64,000 bases of DNA from Vulcanimicrobiota bacterium. GTDB lineage: Bacteria > Vulcanimicrobiota > Vulcanimicrobiia > Vulcanimicrobiales > Vulcanimicrobiaceae. How positions within the stretch are numbered: position 1 is the first letter of the stretch; each line of letters starts with the position of its first letter. Below are positions 1 through 8,913 of this stretch, one piece after another. Location: assembly GCA_963723515.1 (NCBI GenBank), contig CAVRQT010000003.1:352001-416000 (forward strand). The letters are read 5' to 3'. Under the pieces are notes generated by a model. It saw nothing but the letters and a program-made list of their open reading frames with translations, was not told where the DNA came from and searched no databases. Position numbers and translations under genes: made by a program.

Positions 1-457
1 TCTTCGAAGTGGTCATGTCCAAGAGGCGTTGACCTATTTGAAAACGCTCACCCAAGCTGCGCCGGATCAGGCGTCGTTCACCCTGCTCGGTCAAGCGTAT
101 ACGTACAACCACGACTATGCGCGCGCGAAAGACGCCTGCAAGCAGTCGTACCAACTGCAGCCCAACCCGGCGGCACTCGGTTGTATCGCGGGCGCGGACT
201 TTGAATTGAAAAACTACAAAGAATCGGCGGCGATCTTCGACGTGCTCAATTCACGCGTGCACGGCTACATGGATCAAAACGGTCAGCTGCTCTTTATCGC
301 CGGCAAAGTGTACGAGCACACGAATCAAAAAGACAAGGCCGTCACCGCCTACAAGCGGCTGCTCGCGCTTGTGCGCCCCGGAACACCGGCCTACAAACAG
401 GTTCAGCAGTCGATAAAAGATCTGAGCAAGGGAAACAGCAAAAAGCAAAAAGCGTAG
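1..457 (+). CDS. TPR-repeat protein (5' partial)
   Basis: TPR-like helices (LLGQAY..YARA; IAGKVYE..KDKAVTAYKRLL); frame probably starts before the window. Confidence 0.75.
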   Translation, partial: LRSGHVQEALTYLKTLTQAAPDQASFTLLGQAYTYNHDYARAKDACKQSYQLQPNPAALGCIAGADFELKNYKESAAIFDVLNSRVHGYMDQNGQLLFIAGKVYEHTNQKDKAVTAYKRLLALVRPGTPAYKQVQQSIKDLSKGNSKKQKA

Positions 458-473
458 ACGCTGCGTATCTTCC

Positions 474-533
474 CTGTCACGCTGAGCTTGTCGAAGCGCC
501 ACGATTCCGGTTGCCCTTCGACCGGCTCAGGGT
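474..533. repeat. REP-like palindromic pair (CTGTCACGCTGAGCTTGTCGAAGCG ... CCCTTCGACCGGCTCAGGGT)
   Basis: Inverted pair of the repeat that recurs across the window. Confidence 0.85.
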
Positions 534-541
534 ATCGCTGA

Positions 542-1525
542 ATGCAATTCGTCTATGACGAGCTCTACACTCGGCATCTGCGCGGCATCCCGCATCCCGA
601 GCGGCCCGAACGCGTTGCATTCGTCGCTGCTGCGCTCGAGAAAGCCGGCCAGCTCAACAACCGCATAACGCCCACGGATGCGCTCGACGAAGATATCTTG
701 CGCGTCCATGCAGCGCCGTATCTTGAAAAGGTCAAGCGCGAGGTCGGCGCACTTGGGAGTCAGGCAGCGTACCTCTCGACCGGCGACACGGTCATTGATT
801 CGACGTCCCTTGACGTAGCGCGCCGTGCCGCGGGAGGCGCAATCGCGGCCGTCAACGCGTGCGTGCAGCGCAATGCGCCGGTATTCGCTCTCGTCCGCCC
901 GCCTGGTCATCATGCTGAGCCCGATCGCGGAATGGGTTTTTGTCTGTTCAATAATGCTGCAATTGCGGCGCGCGCATTTCTAGCACGCGATGGTGGCCGC
1001 GTGCTCATCGTCGATTTCGATTACCATCACGGCAACGGCACGCAGTGCGTCGCGGGAAACAGACTATCGTACGTTTCCACGCATGCCTATCCGGCATATC
1101 CGGGCACCGGAGGTCCTGGCGAAAACTATTTGACCGGTAACGATGTAATCGCCAACGTGCCGCTGACGACGCACGACTTCGGATCCGAGCCGTTCGTCGC
1201 GCTTTGGGAACGGCTCTTACCCGCAATCGCGCAACGCGTGCGGCCAAATCTCATGATCGTCAGCGCGGGGTTTGATTACATCGCCGGCGATACGGTCGGC
1301 GACTTAAACATCGAAACCGACGTCGCGAGCGATCTCGCGCGCTTAATCAACCGCGTCGCTGCAGAGCATTGCAGCGGCAGAGTTGCGTATGTCTTGGAGG
1401 GTGGTTACGGTCTTGAGGCGCTCGCCGAATCGATCATGCGCATCGCAGACGCAACCGATCGGCACGAAAATGACGTCAGTGGCGCAAGCGATGCGGCAAT
1501 CCCGCCTGCCCAGCGCCGCATCTGA
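542..1525 (+). CDS. Histone deacetylase family (AcuC/HdaA-like) Zn amidohydrolase
   Basis: HPERPER, RPPGHHA, GFCLFNN, DFDYHHGNGT, SAGFD and LEGGY motifs. Confidence 0.95.
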   Translation: MQFVYDELYTRHLRGIPHPERPERVAFVAAALEKAGQLNNRITPTDALDEDILRVHAAPYLEKVKREVGALGSQAAYLSTGDTVIDSTSLDVARRAAGGAIAAVNACVQRNAPVFALVRPPGHHAEPDRGMGFCLFNNAAIAARAFLARDGGRVLIVDFDYHHGNGTQCVAGNRLSYVSTHAYPAYPGTGGPGENYLTGNDVIANVPLTTHDFGSEPFVALWERLLPAIAQRVRPNLMIVSAGFDYIAGDTVGDLNIETDVASDLARLINRVAAEHCSGRVAYVLEGGYGLEALAESIMRIADATDRHENDVSGASDAAIPPAQRRI

Positions 1526-1559
1526 CGTCCTCGACCTATGGTCAGCTGCTCGAATTGAT

Positions 1560-2594
1560 CTAGGGAACGACGGATGCGGCGATTCGTGAAAGCTCTTGCC
1601 GTGAGAGATCGCCGACCAGCGCAAAGTGCAATCCCGCTTCAGCCCACGTCAGAAGTGTCGTTGGGCCGTCCTGAACGTATTGCGCGTCATGATCTTCGAA
1701 CCGAGTGGTCTGCACCTTGTATCGGCTCAAATCGACGGCGGCGCCCCGATTGTTCTCGAATAAGGAAATTGTGCGAACGCCATCAGAGTACAGGACGTGC
1801 AACGTCGGGACGCCCCTAACTTCAGAGACGTCTCCGCGGACGGGCACAAAGCCGTCGGGCAGATACTTCGGCCCCACCGCGTCAAACCCGACGGTCCGCA
1901 CTATCCCCGCAAAGTCGCGCGACAGCGCGCCGTGCCCCATGCCCTGGACGATCGCATATCCCGCCAAGTGCGGCACGTCGAAGATCGCGGTCGGGAAATC
2001 ATTTTCGTAGCGTATGTCCTCGTACCGCATGTGGCTAATCACGGAGCCGTTCGCGGCGTACCGCTCTTTTTCCAATGCAAGGTGCGTTTCGTTATCGATC
2101 CAGATTCGCATGATGATCTGGCCGGTATGCTTGTTCATCAGCGCGATCGCCGTCGTTGAACGTCCCGCGACCGTTTCCGATGGACCGGGCAGCGCGATAT
2201 AATTCGATTGCAGCAAGCCGAAGTTGTCATTCATTGCCACCTGATCATCGACTACCGCGTTTGATGCGACGATCACTTTGCGATCCTTGACGTCGACGTC
2301 ATAGGATTGCGTCCCACGCGTGATGGTCCAATCGCCATAGAGCGAGCCTGGCGCGAGATATGTGCGGCGTGTCATGTTGGGTGCGCGGTGCTCGATGCGG
2401 TAGATCGTCGCTTCTGAGCCCGTATTGCCGAAGCGCACATTATCAACTTGTCCGGCGTAAGAAATGTGCGCCGGCGCGTTGACGCTGGCGCGCAAGAGCG
2501 CGGACGCATCTTCTGCGCCCGCGTTTTTGCTCTGGACGCCCGCCGCCGCAGCGACGAGCGTCAGGACCAAAAGTGCTTTAGTGCTGCGGACCAT
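1560..2594 (-). CDS. MucB/RseB-like periplasmic sigma-E regulatory protein
   Basis: Signal peptide, LolA/RseB-like pattern (RIWIDNETHLAL; LYSDGVRTISLFE), third gene of an ECF operon. Confidence 0.75.
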   Translation of the reverse strand: MVRSTKALLVLTLVAAAAGVQSKNAGAEDASALLRASVNAPAHISYAGQVDNVRFGNTGSEATIYRIEHRAPNMTRRTYLAPGSLYGDWTITRGTQSYDVDVKDRKVIVASNAVVDDQVAMNDNFGLLQSNYIALPGPSETVAGRSTTAIALMNKHTGQIIMRIWIDNETHLALEKERYAANGSVISHMRYEDIRYENDFPTAIFDVPHLAGYAIVQGMGHGALSRDFAGIVRTVGFDAVGPKYLPDGFVPVRGDVSEVRGVPTLHVLYSDGVRTISLFENNRGAAVDLSRYKVQTTRFEDHDAQYVQDGPTTLLTWAEAGLHFALVGDLSRQELSRIAASVVP

Positions 2595-3102
2595 TCACGG
2601 CGTATGCGACCGGCACCGCAACAGCGGCCGCCTGGTCGGACGCAACATTCGACTGCAGCTCGGCCGGCGCAGCTTCGCTCCGGTCACCGAACGGGACGGC
2701 GCCGTTCATGGCGGCGTGGTCTTGCAGATAGTATGCCGCGTCAATTAAGACCGGCGCTTCACGATGACCTAGATACGTCGGGCCGAAGTAAGCGGCGACC
2801 GCAATCACGGCGGCGGCAGGAATGAGGTATGCCGGACGCAGCCACGCGCGCAAACGCGCGCCGTAGGACGGCTGCGCTTCGCGGATGAGTTGCCAAACGT
2901 TCGCCTTGATCGTTGAAGGCATTTCGCGTTCGTCGCGGGAGGCTTGCTCGCGCAGGACCTCCGAGACTCGGACTTCCGTCGCATACTCGTCGGCGCATTG
3001 CGTACACGTCTCGATATGCGAGAGTACGACGGCATCTTCCGCGGGCGCCAGAGCGCCGTGGATGTAGTCGATAAGTTGATCGTTTGTCAGATGTTGCATC
3101 AT
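2578..3102 (-). CDS. Zinc-finger (HxxxCxxC) membrane anti-sigma factor
   Basis: HIETCTQC motif plus one TM helix; follows the ECF sigma gene. Confidence 0.9.
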   Translation of the reverse strand: MMQHLTNDQLIDYIHGALAPAEDAVVLSHIETCTQCADEYATEVRVSEVLREQASRDEREMPSTIKANVWQLIREAQPSYGARLRAWLRPAYLIPAAAVIAVAAYFGPTYLGHREAPVLIDAAYYLQDHAAMNGAVPFGDRSEAAPAELQSNVASDQAAAVAVPVAYAVNGPQH

Positions 3103-3668
3103 TGTCGTTGTTTTTGCTGCTGCTGCAGCAGTCTCCTCAAAAGTGCTCGCGCGCGGTGCAATCGGGATCGTACGGTCCCGATCGAACAGCCCATGATCTC
3201 GGAAATCTCCTGATAACTGTACTCCTCGATATCCGCGAGGACGACGACGGCGCGTTGGTCCGGCGAAAGCATCTCAAGCGAGCGCGCAAGCGACTCGCTG
3301 AGCTGGCCTTCAACGTAGTCTTCGATCGGGGTGACCGCCAGGGGCCTGTCCCCGCCGAATGCCTGCGGCGCGTTGTCCTCAGGTATCTCTTCCTGGAAAC
3401 GTCCTTTTTTGCGCCGAAGTTCATCCCGGTAGAGATTCGTTACGATTCGATAGATCCATGAGAGGAACGAGGTCCCCGGCACGAAGCTTCGCCAGGCGCG
3501 ATAGACGCGGATAAAGGCCTCTTGGGTCAGGTCGCGAGCATCCGCCTCGTTGCGTGTCAGGCGGTAGGCGAAGTTGTAGGTTGCCTTGCCGTACCGCTCG
3601 ATTGCGCGCTCCAGGAAGGCCGTTTGCTCCGGAGTCGGCGGCTCCAACGGCTTACGTGCAGCTCCCAT
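3099..3668 (-). CDS. ECF RNA polymerase sigma factor (RpoE/SigW-like)
   Basis: DARDLTQEAFIRVY, SWIYRIVTN, SYQEISEIMGCSIGTVRSRLHRAR; start chosen at ATG 3668. Confidence 0.95.
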   Translation of the reverse strand: MGAARKPLEPPTPEQTAFLERAIERYGKATYNFAYRLTRNEADARDLTQEAFIRVYRAWRSFVPGTSFLSWIYRIVTNLYRDELRRKKGRFQEEIPEDNAPQAFGGDRPLAVTPIEDYVEGQLSESLARSLEMLSPDQRAVVVLADIEEYSYQEISEIMGCSIGTVRSRLHRARALLRRLLQQQQKQRQ

Positions 3669-3733
3669 CGCTCTGGAGCCCTCTTTCCCCGCGGGCCGCT
3701 CCGGCACTTGGCGCACTTTGCGGCCCTATGCTA

Positions 3734-3751
3734 AGTTAGGCATACCTAACT
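3734..3751. promoter_or_regulatory. DtxR/MntR-family operator-like palindrome AGTTAGG-CATA-CCTAACT
   Basis: Perfect 7-bp arms with a TTAGG-N4-CCTAA core, just after a TATGCT -10-like hexamer and 4 bp before the MCO-ZIP start. Confidence 0.7.
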
Positions 3752-3755
3752 GTAC

Positions 3756-5555
3756 ATGTTCACAAAGCAATTCCTGACCGGAGTGGCCTTCTTGGCAGGC
3801 CTTTTTGCGTGCCTGACGCTTTGTGTTTCGGCTGCGCCGGCTGGCACATCGCCCACCGTCCCATTGCCGCCGCCCTCCGGTGACGGCCTCATCTATTTGC
3901 ACCCGCAAGTTTTGCGTGACGGCACAAAGCGCTTCGACATTACGGCGAAAGTCGTCGATTGGGAAGTTACCAAAGGAACGACGGTCCGCGCTTGGACGTA
4001 CGACGGTGTCGTACCCGGGCCGGTCATCCGCGTGCGCGTCGGAGACCGCGTGCAACTGGTCGTTCACAATGAATTGCCGCAACCGACCGTCGTGCACTTG
4101 CACGGCTTGGTCACCGCAAACGATATGGACGGCGTGCCGGGCGTTTCGCAGATGCCGATCCAGCCGCATGGCGTCTTCACCTATCGATTCACCGCGGTTC
4201 GTCCCGGGACGTACATCTATCACACGCACTACAACGATTTGGATCAGCTCGATCGCGGCTTATACGGAGCCGTGATCATCGACGAGCGCCATCCACCCAA
4301 AGTCGACCACGATTATCTCGAAGTGATCTCGAGCTGGCGCATCCGCAGCGACGCGGAGAATTTCTTCTCGCTCAACGGTAAGTCGTATCCCGAAACGCAC
4401 GCCCTCGAAGTCAAGCGCGGCCAAACGATTCGGCTGCGGTTCATCGACATCAGCGGTACGGAATTTCATACGATGCACTTGCACGGTCACCGCATGCGGA
4501 TCATCGCGCGTGACGGTAATCCGGTGTTGACGCCCGACGTTGAAAACACGGTGATGATCGGCCCAGGGCAGACGATCGACACGCTGGTTAAAGCCGACGC
4601 CAATCCTGGAACGTGGCTGCTGCACTGCCATGTGCTCGATCACATGATGAACGGCAACGTGATGCCCGGCGGTCTGATAACGGCGCTCCACTACGAAGGA
4701 ACGCCCGATACGCTGGCGAGCCTCGATACGTCGATGGGCGGTTACTCGCACGGCTCGCGCGGTCAGCTTTCCTTTTGGACGACGATTTTGCTCGGCTGCA
4801 TCGCCGGGTTCACGATCTTCCTGGGACTGCCGGTCGCAAAATTGAGGCGCGTCGCGCCGCAGGTGATGTCTTTATTGAATTCGCTCGCGGTCGGCGTGCT
4901 GTTCTTCTTGCTCTTCGATGTCATCAAGCAGGCAACGGAGCCGATCGAGGATGCGTTGCGCACTGCGCAAACGGGCGGCGCGGATTACAACAACTTCGTA
5001 ACGCTCGTGATTGTCTTTGTGCTCGGCATCGCCATCGGCTTAGTGGGTCTTGTCTACGGCACGCGGTCTTTTATGCAGAGTGCGAAGGAAGGCGCGTCGC
5101 AGAATCCATTGATGCTTTCGCTCTTAATTGCGACCGGCATCGGGATGCACAACTTTGCCGAAGGGCTCGCGATCGGGCAATCGGCGGCAATCGGCGCAAT
5201 TCAGCTGGCGTTGATGCTGATCATTGGGTTCGGATTGCATAATGCAACCGAAGGTTTCGGAATAGCGGCGCCGCTTGTGCAGCTCCCCAGCGTGCGATGG
5301 CGATTCTTGTTGCTCGCGGGCTTCATCGGCGGCGCGCCGACGTTCATCGGAACGATCGTCGGCTATGTCCTGGTGTCGCCCACTCTGTCGGTGCTCTTCC
5401 TCACGCTCGCCGCGGGCGCGATCATCTTCGTAATCAGCGAGATGCTGCACGTGGCGCGTCGCGTGGGATTCGTGGAGGTCGGCGTCATCGGCCTCGCGCT
5501 CGGTTTCCTGTTCGCGTACGGCACGGATTTAATCATTACCGCGGCCGGCGCCTAA
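3756..5555 (+). CDS. Two-domain multicopper oxidase fused to a ZIP (ZupT-like) metal transporter
   Basis: Signal peptide; HLHG, YHTH, HTMHLHGH and HCHVLDHM copper motifs; C-terminal multi-TM domain with HNFAEG and HNATEG ZIP motifs. Confidence 0.85.
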   Translation: MFTKQFLTGVAFLAGLFACLTLCVSAAPAGTSPTVPLPPPSGDGLIYLHPQVLRDGTKRFDITAKVVDWEVTKGTTVRAWTYDGVVPGPVIRVRVGDRVQLVVHNELPQPTVVHLHGLVTANDMDGVPGVSQMPIQPHGVFTYRFTAVRPGTYIYHTHYNDLDQLDRGLYGAVIIDERHPPKVDHDYLEVISSWRIRSDAENFFSLNGKSYPETHALEVKRGQTIRLRFIDISGTEFHTMHLHGHRMRIIARDGNPVLTPDVENTVMIGPGQTIDTLVKADANPGTWLLHCHVLDHMMNGNVMPGGLITALHYEGTPDTLASLDTSMGGYSHGSRGQLSFWTTILLGCIAGFTIFLGLPVAKLRRVAPQVMSLLNSLAVGVLFFLLFDVIKQATEPIEDALRTAQTGGADYNNFVTLVIVFVLGIAIGLVGLVYGTRSFMQSAKEGASQNPLMLSLLIATGIGMHNFAEGLAIGQSAAIGAIQLALMLIIGFGLHNATEGFGIAAPLVQLPSVRWRFLLLAGFIGGAPTFIGTIVGYVLVSPTLSVLFLTLAAGAIIFVISEMLHVARRVGFVEVGVIGLALGFLFAYGTDLIITAAGA

Positions 5556-5566
5556 CAGTCACGGTT

Positions 5567-5775
5567 GACTGTCACGCTTAGCTTGTCGAAGCGCCACCGT
5601 GATCGTGACTTGAATCACTGTCACGCTGAGCTCAGCCTGCCCTGAGCGGCGTCGAAACGTGAAGTGGAAGCGCCACCGTGATCGTGACTTTGAATCACTG
5701 TCACGCTGAGCTTGTCGAAGCGCCACCACAACGTGGCTCGCAATCACTGTCACGCTGAGCTTGTCGAAGCGCCAC
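5567..5775 (+). repeat. Four tandem REP copies (one with a nested variant)
   Basis: Repeated ACTGTCACGCT(G)AGCTTGTCGAAGCGCCAC units with a CGTGATCGTGACTT linker. Confidence 0.9.
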
Positions 5776-5796
5776 GGCGAGTGAAGGCTTCCACGG

Positions 5797-6090
5797 ATGA
5801 AACCGTTCATCGTCCAATGCTGCGCTACTTCGAAGGGATTACTATTCGGAATGACCAGCCATATCGATGCGGTCGCGACATCGGAAGGCATTCACCGCAC
5901 GTATTATGAAGCTACTCCGCCGGCCAGTTAACTGCGTGTGGGCGGAGAGTTCAAATACGGTGCGGTCGACGCACTTCCGCTGTTCGCCGAGAAGCATTGA
6001 AAGGCTGTTCGCAATCGAAAGTAAGTCCCGTCGAAGTAGCGCGGCATATAGAAGCTGATTAAGTCGTTGCAACCGCAGCCGTCCCGATCG
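5797..6090 (+). pseudogene. Decayed GIY-YIG (YhbQ/UPF0213-like) endonuclease
   Basis: Across several frameshifts reads MKPFIV/MLRYFEG/DYYxGMTSHID...RRPVNCVWAE/EFKY..VDA..AEKH/LKGCSQSK...KLIKSL, collinear with the small GIY-YIG pattern (VYILRC.DGSYYTG.T...RRPV.LVW.E.F...A...E.QLKGWSR.KK). Confidence 0.7.
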
Positions 6091-6092
6091 CG

Positions 6093-6123
6093 GTGGCGCT
6101 TCGACAAGCTCAGCGTGACAGTG
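6093..6123 (-). repeat. Inverted REP copy
   Basis: Exact 31-bp reverse complement of 5745-5775. Confidence 0.95.
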
Positions 6124-6188
6124 TGGCGACGGCGCCATCTCATCGTTGCCATAGCCGCGAGCGCCTAAGACGTTTGCGCGCGCGGTGC

Positions 6189-6899
6189 TTACAGGCCCGG
6201 CGGGAAGCTGTAGTTTGGTGGCGGGACGACCGGCGTGCCGACTTCGAGCGTGATTTGTTGGTGCGCGCGCAGCGGAATCTGCGCGAGGTCACCGTCGTAC
6301 TTCGCGCCGTTAATGAAGGCTGTCACTGGGCCGTTATACGGCCCGACCTCATCGCGGCGTAAATCCTCGCCCCAGATATCGAAGAAGTTGCCGAGCGTAT
6401 ATTGACGCAGCTCCGGCGACTCAACGTGAATGACGCCGCTGGGATCGTGAGTGTGGATCCAATAGAGGCATGCGCCGTTGTTGCTCGTGGGGACGATGCC
6501 GATGTACTGCGGGACCTGGATCTGCTTCCTGTTGTTGAAGATCGACAGATGCGAGTGAATGTGCATCGTCACTTGCTCCGTCGCTTCGCATTGAATCCCG
6601 TCGACCGCGCCGCCCGCGCCGCCGCCTTTGTTGTCTCCCGGCGCGAGCGCTAGTTTGCCGATGCCTTGATCGCTGAGTTGGATCGGTTTTTCACTGGCGT
6701 TCGGGCCGGGTGTCGGTGTCGCAACGGCGTTGGCAAAATCCTGATTTTGCTTGTAGCGTAACGCAGCAAAAGCGATGATGATCACGACGATGGCAATCCC
6801 TAACCCGAGATAGACCGTCCGCATCGGATCGCGACGAGGGGGTCTTTCTCCGGGTGATCCCGCGCGCGCTTGACGCCGGCGCTCCTGGCGCGAGCTCAC
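6189..6899 (-). CDS. Membrane-anchored hypothetical protein with His motifs (possible metal binding)
   Basis: N-terminal TM; HIHSH, CLYWIHTHDPSGVIHVES, LGNFFDIWG. Confidence 0.75.
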   Translation of the reverse strand: MSSRQERRRQARAGSPGERPPRRDPMRTVYLGLGIAIVVIIIAFAALRYKQNQDFANAVATPTPGPNASEKPIQLSDQGIGKLALAPGDNKGGGAGGAVDGIQCEATEQVTMHIHSHLSIFNNRKQIQVPQYIGIVPTSNNGACLYWIHTHDPSGVIHVESPELRQYTLGNFFDIWGEDLRRDEVGPYNGPVTAFINGAKYDGDLAQIPLRAHQQITLEVGTPVVPPPNYSFPPGL

Positions 6900-7909
6900 G
6901 AAACGAGCACCTTCGCCGGATTCAAGCGGCGGTCGTCGCGCAGATAATTGCTCACGTAGTCAGCGACCGCTTCGGCTAACGGCGTCACCGCTTTCATGTA
7001 GCCGGTCGATCGGAGCTTTTCGATTTCGGCTTTCGTCAAGTACTGGTACTTGTCACGCATCGCGGGCGGCATATCGATGAACTCGATGCGTTCGGGAACG
7101 CGCAGCGCCGTGAAAATTGGGCGCACGAGTTCGAGCCACGTATGCGCCGTACCGGATCCGACATTGTAGAGGCCCATTGCGTTTGTTTCTGCCAGATGCA
7201 GCGTCATCTCGACTGCATCTTTCACATAGATGAAGTCGCGCTCTTGTTCGCCATCGGCGTAGTCCGGCCGGTAACTGCGAAAGAGCCGCACCGTTCCGCG
7301 ATCGCGGATCTGTCCGAAGGCTTTATTTGCAACGCTCCGCATGTCACCCTTATGCTGCTCGTTTGGGCCGAAGACGTTGAAATATTTGAGGCCGGTAATG
7401 CGCTCTAACCAGCCGTTTCGCTGCGCATACTGGTCGAAGAGATGCTTCGAGTAGCCGTACATATTGAGCGGTTGCAGCTGATCCAGGGGAAGACTCTCGG
7501 AGAGCCCCTCTTCGCGCGCACCGTATGTCGCGCCGGACGACGCATAAAGAAGGCGGGCGCCTTTGGAAAGCGCCCATGCCGCGATATTCTTGCTGTACTC
7601 AAAGTTGTTGCGCATCAAGTATGCGGCGTCGCTCTCCGTCGTTGAAGAGCAGGCGCCCAAATGAAAAATCGTGCGCGCGCCGGCAAAGCGCTGCGGCGAC
7701 GCGAGAAGCGCTTCTTCGAAATCATCCGCATCGACATAATCCGCGTAGTGAAGCGGCGCGAGATTCTTCCACTTCTCGTCGGCGTGCAGACGATCGACGA
7801 CGAGGATGTCGTCGATACCGCGCAGGTTGAGCGCCCAGATCAACGAGCTGCCGATGAAGCCGGCACCGCCGGTAACGATAATTCGACCGGTATCCAACGA
7901 AATTGCCAA
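6896..7909 (-). CDS. hldD: ADP-L-glycero-D-manno-heptose 6-epimerase
   Basis: GGAGFIGS, HLGACSSTTE, YGYSK, YFNVFGPNEQHKGDM, RDFIYV; start approximate. Confidence 0.92.
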   Translation of the reverse strand: MAISLDTGRIIVTGGAGFIGSSLIWALNLRGIDDILVVDRLHADEKWKNLAPLHYADYVDADDFEEALLASPQRFAGARTIFHLGACSSTTESDAAYLMRNNFEYSKNIAAWALSKGARLLYASSGATYGAREEGLSESLPLDQLQPLNMYGYSKHLFDQYAQRNGWLERITGLKYFNVFGPNEQHKGDMRSVANKAFGQIRDRGTVRLFRSYRPDYADGEQERDFIYVKDAVEMTLHLAETNAMGLYNVGSGTAHTWLELVRPIFTALRVPERIEFIDMPPAMRDKYQYLTKAEIEKLRSTGYMKAVTPLAEAVADYVSNYLRDDRRLNPAKVLVS

Positions 7910-7950
7910 GCCGCGTTTTTTGCGACCCGACGATTGCAAGTCCCTGCGCG

Positions 7951-7998
7951 AGCCTGCACTGAGCTTGTCGAACAGCCTGCACTGAGCTTGTCGAAGTG
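7951..7998 (+). repeat. Two tandem REP variants AGCCTGCACTGAGCTTGTCGAA
   Basis: Direct tandem repeat in the divergent intergenic region. Confidence 0.85.
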
Positions 7999-8037
7999 CG
8001 TGAGGAGCGCTCCGCCATCGTGAGGAAAGCCACGCCG

Positions 8038-8913
8038 ATGCAATTGCAGCGCCGCCTCATTTGCGCGCTTCTCTTCATATTATGCGCTGCGTGCGCGAAT
8101 AGCGCTGCACCCCCGGCGAATGGAAAACCAGTCGTTGTGACGACGTTTTCGACGCTCGGTTCGCTGATTGAAATGGTCGGCGGCACGCGTCTTGACGTCG
8201 TAAACCTCGTTCCGGTGGGCAGTTCGCCCGAAGACTACCAGCCGACGCCGCAAGACGTCTCTCGTTTGCGATCGGCACGCCTGTTGATCGAGAACGGCGC
8301 GGGCATAGAGACATGGATTTCGCGTTTGATCGAAGGCGCGCGCAATCCGCAGCTGCAGATCTTGGTCTGCACCGACGGCTTGCCGGTGCATAATGGAAAT
8401 CCGCATCTCTGGATGGATCCGGTTCTCGCGCGCGCTTATGTTCGCAAGATCGAATCCGCGCTGGAACGCTTTGACCCCGCGGGGCGTGCCATCTACCGCG
8501 GTAACCTTCAGCGGGCGACCGCGCAGCTCGCGACGCTCGACCGCTCGGTGCGTGGGAAGATTGCGACGATTCCCGCGGCCAACCGAACGATGATCGTTTT
8601 TCATGACGCCTGGCACTATTACAACGACCGCTACGGTATTCGCACCGTTGGCGCAATCGAGCTATCGCCGGGACAGGAGCCGACGCCGCGCTATCTGGCA
8701 CAATTGATAGCCCTGGCCAAGCAGTTTCGCGTGCGCGCGATCTTTGCAGAGCCGGAATACAGCCCCAAACTCGCGCAGATGCTGGCTGAGAATAGCGGCA
8801 TCCAAACCGTCACCGATCTCTACGACGACTCCCTCGGAAACGATTCGCGCGTTCGCGATTACGTTAGCCTGATTTCTTATGACACCGACGTAATCGTGCG
8901 CGCCCTGAAGTAG
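8038..8913 (+). CDS. Zn/Mn ABC transporter substrate-binding lipoprotein (cluster A-I)
   Basis: Lipobox-like Cys, NPHLWMDP, FHDAWHY, GQEPTP. Confidence 0.92.
   Translation: MQLQRRLICALLFILCAACANSAAPPANGKPVVVTTFSTLGSLIEMVGGTRLDVVNLVPVGSSPEDYQPTPQDVSRLRSARLLIENGAGIETWISRLIEGARNPQLQILVCTDGLPVHNGNPHLWMDPVLARAYVRKIESALERFDPAGRAIYRGNLQRATAQLATLDRSVRGKIATIPAANRTMIVFHDAWHYYNDRYGIRTVGAIELSPGQEPTPRYLAQLIALAKQFRVRAIFAEPEYSPKLAQMLAENSGIQTVTDLYDDSLGNDSRVRDYVSLISYDTDVIVRALK

Noticed and set aside
5559..6362. Short ORFs containing LRQAQRD / CHAELVEA / VTLSLSK peptides (also at 251-502, 17493-17745, 53196-53621)
   Set aside because: These are translations of the REP repeat, not genes.
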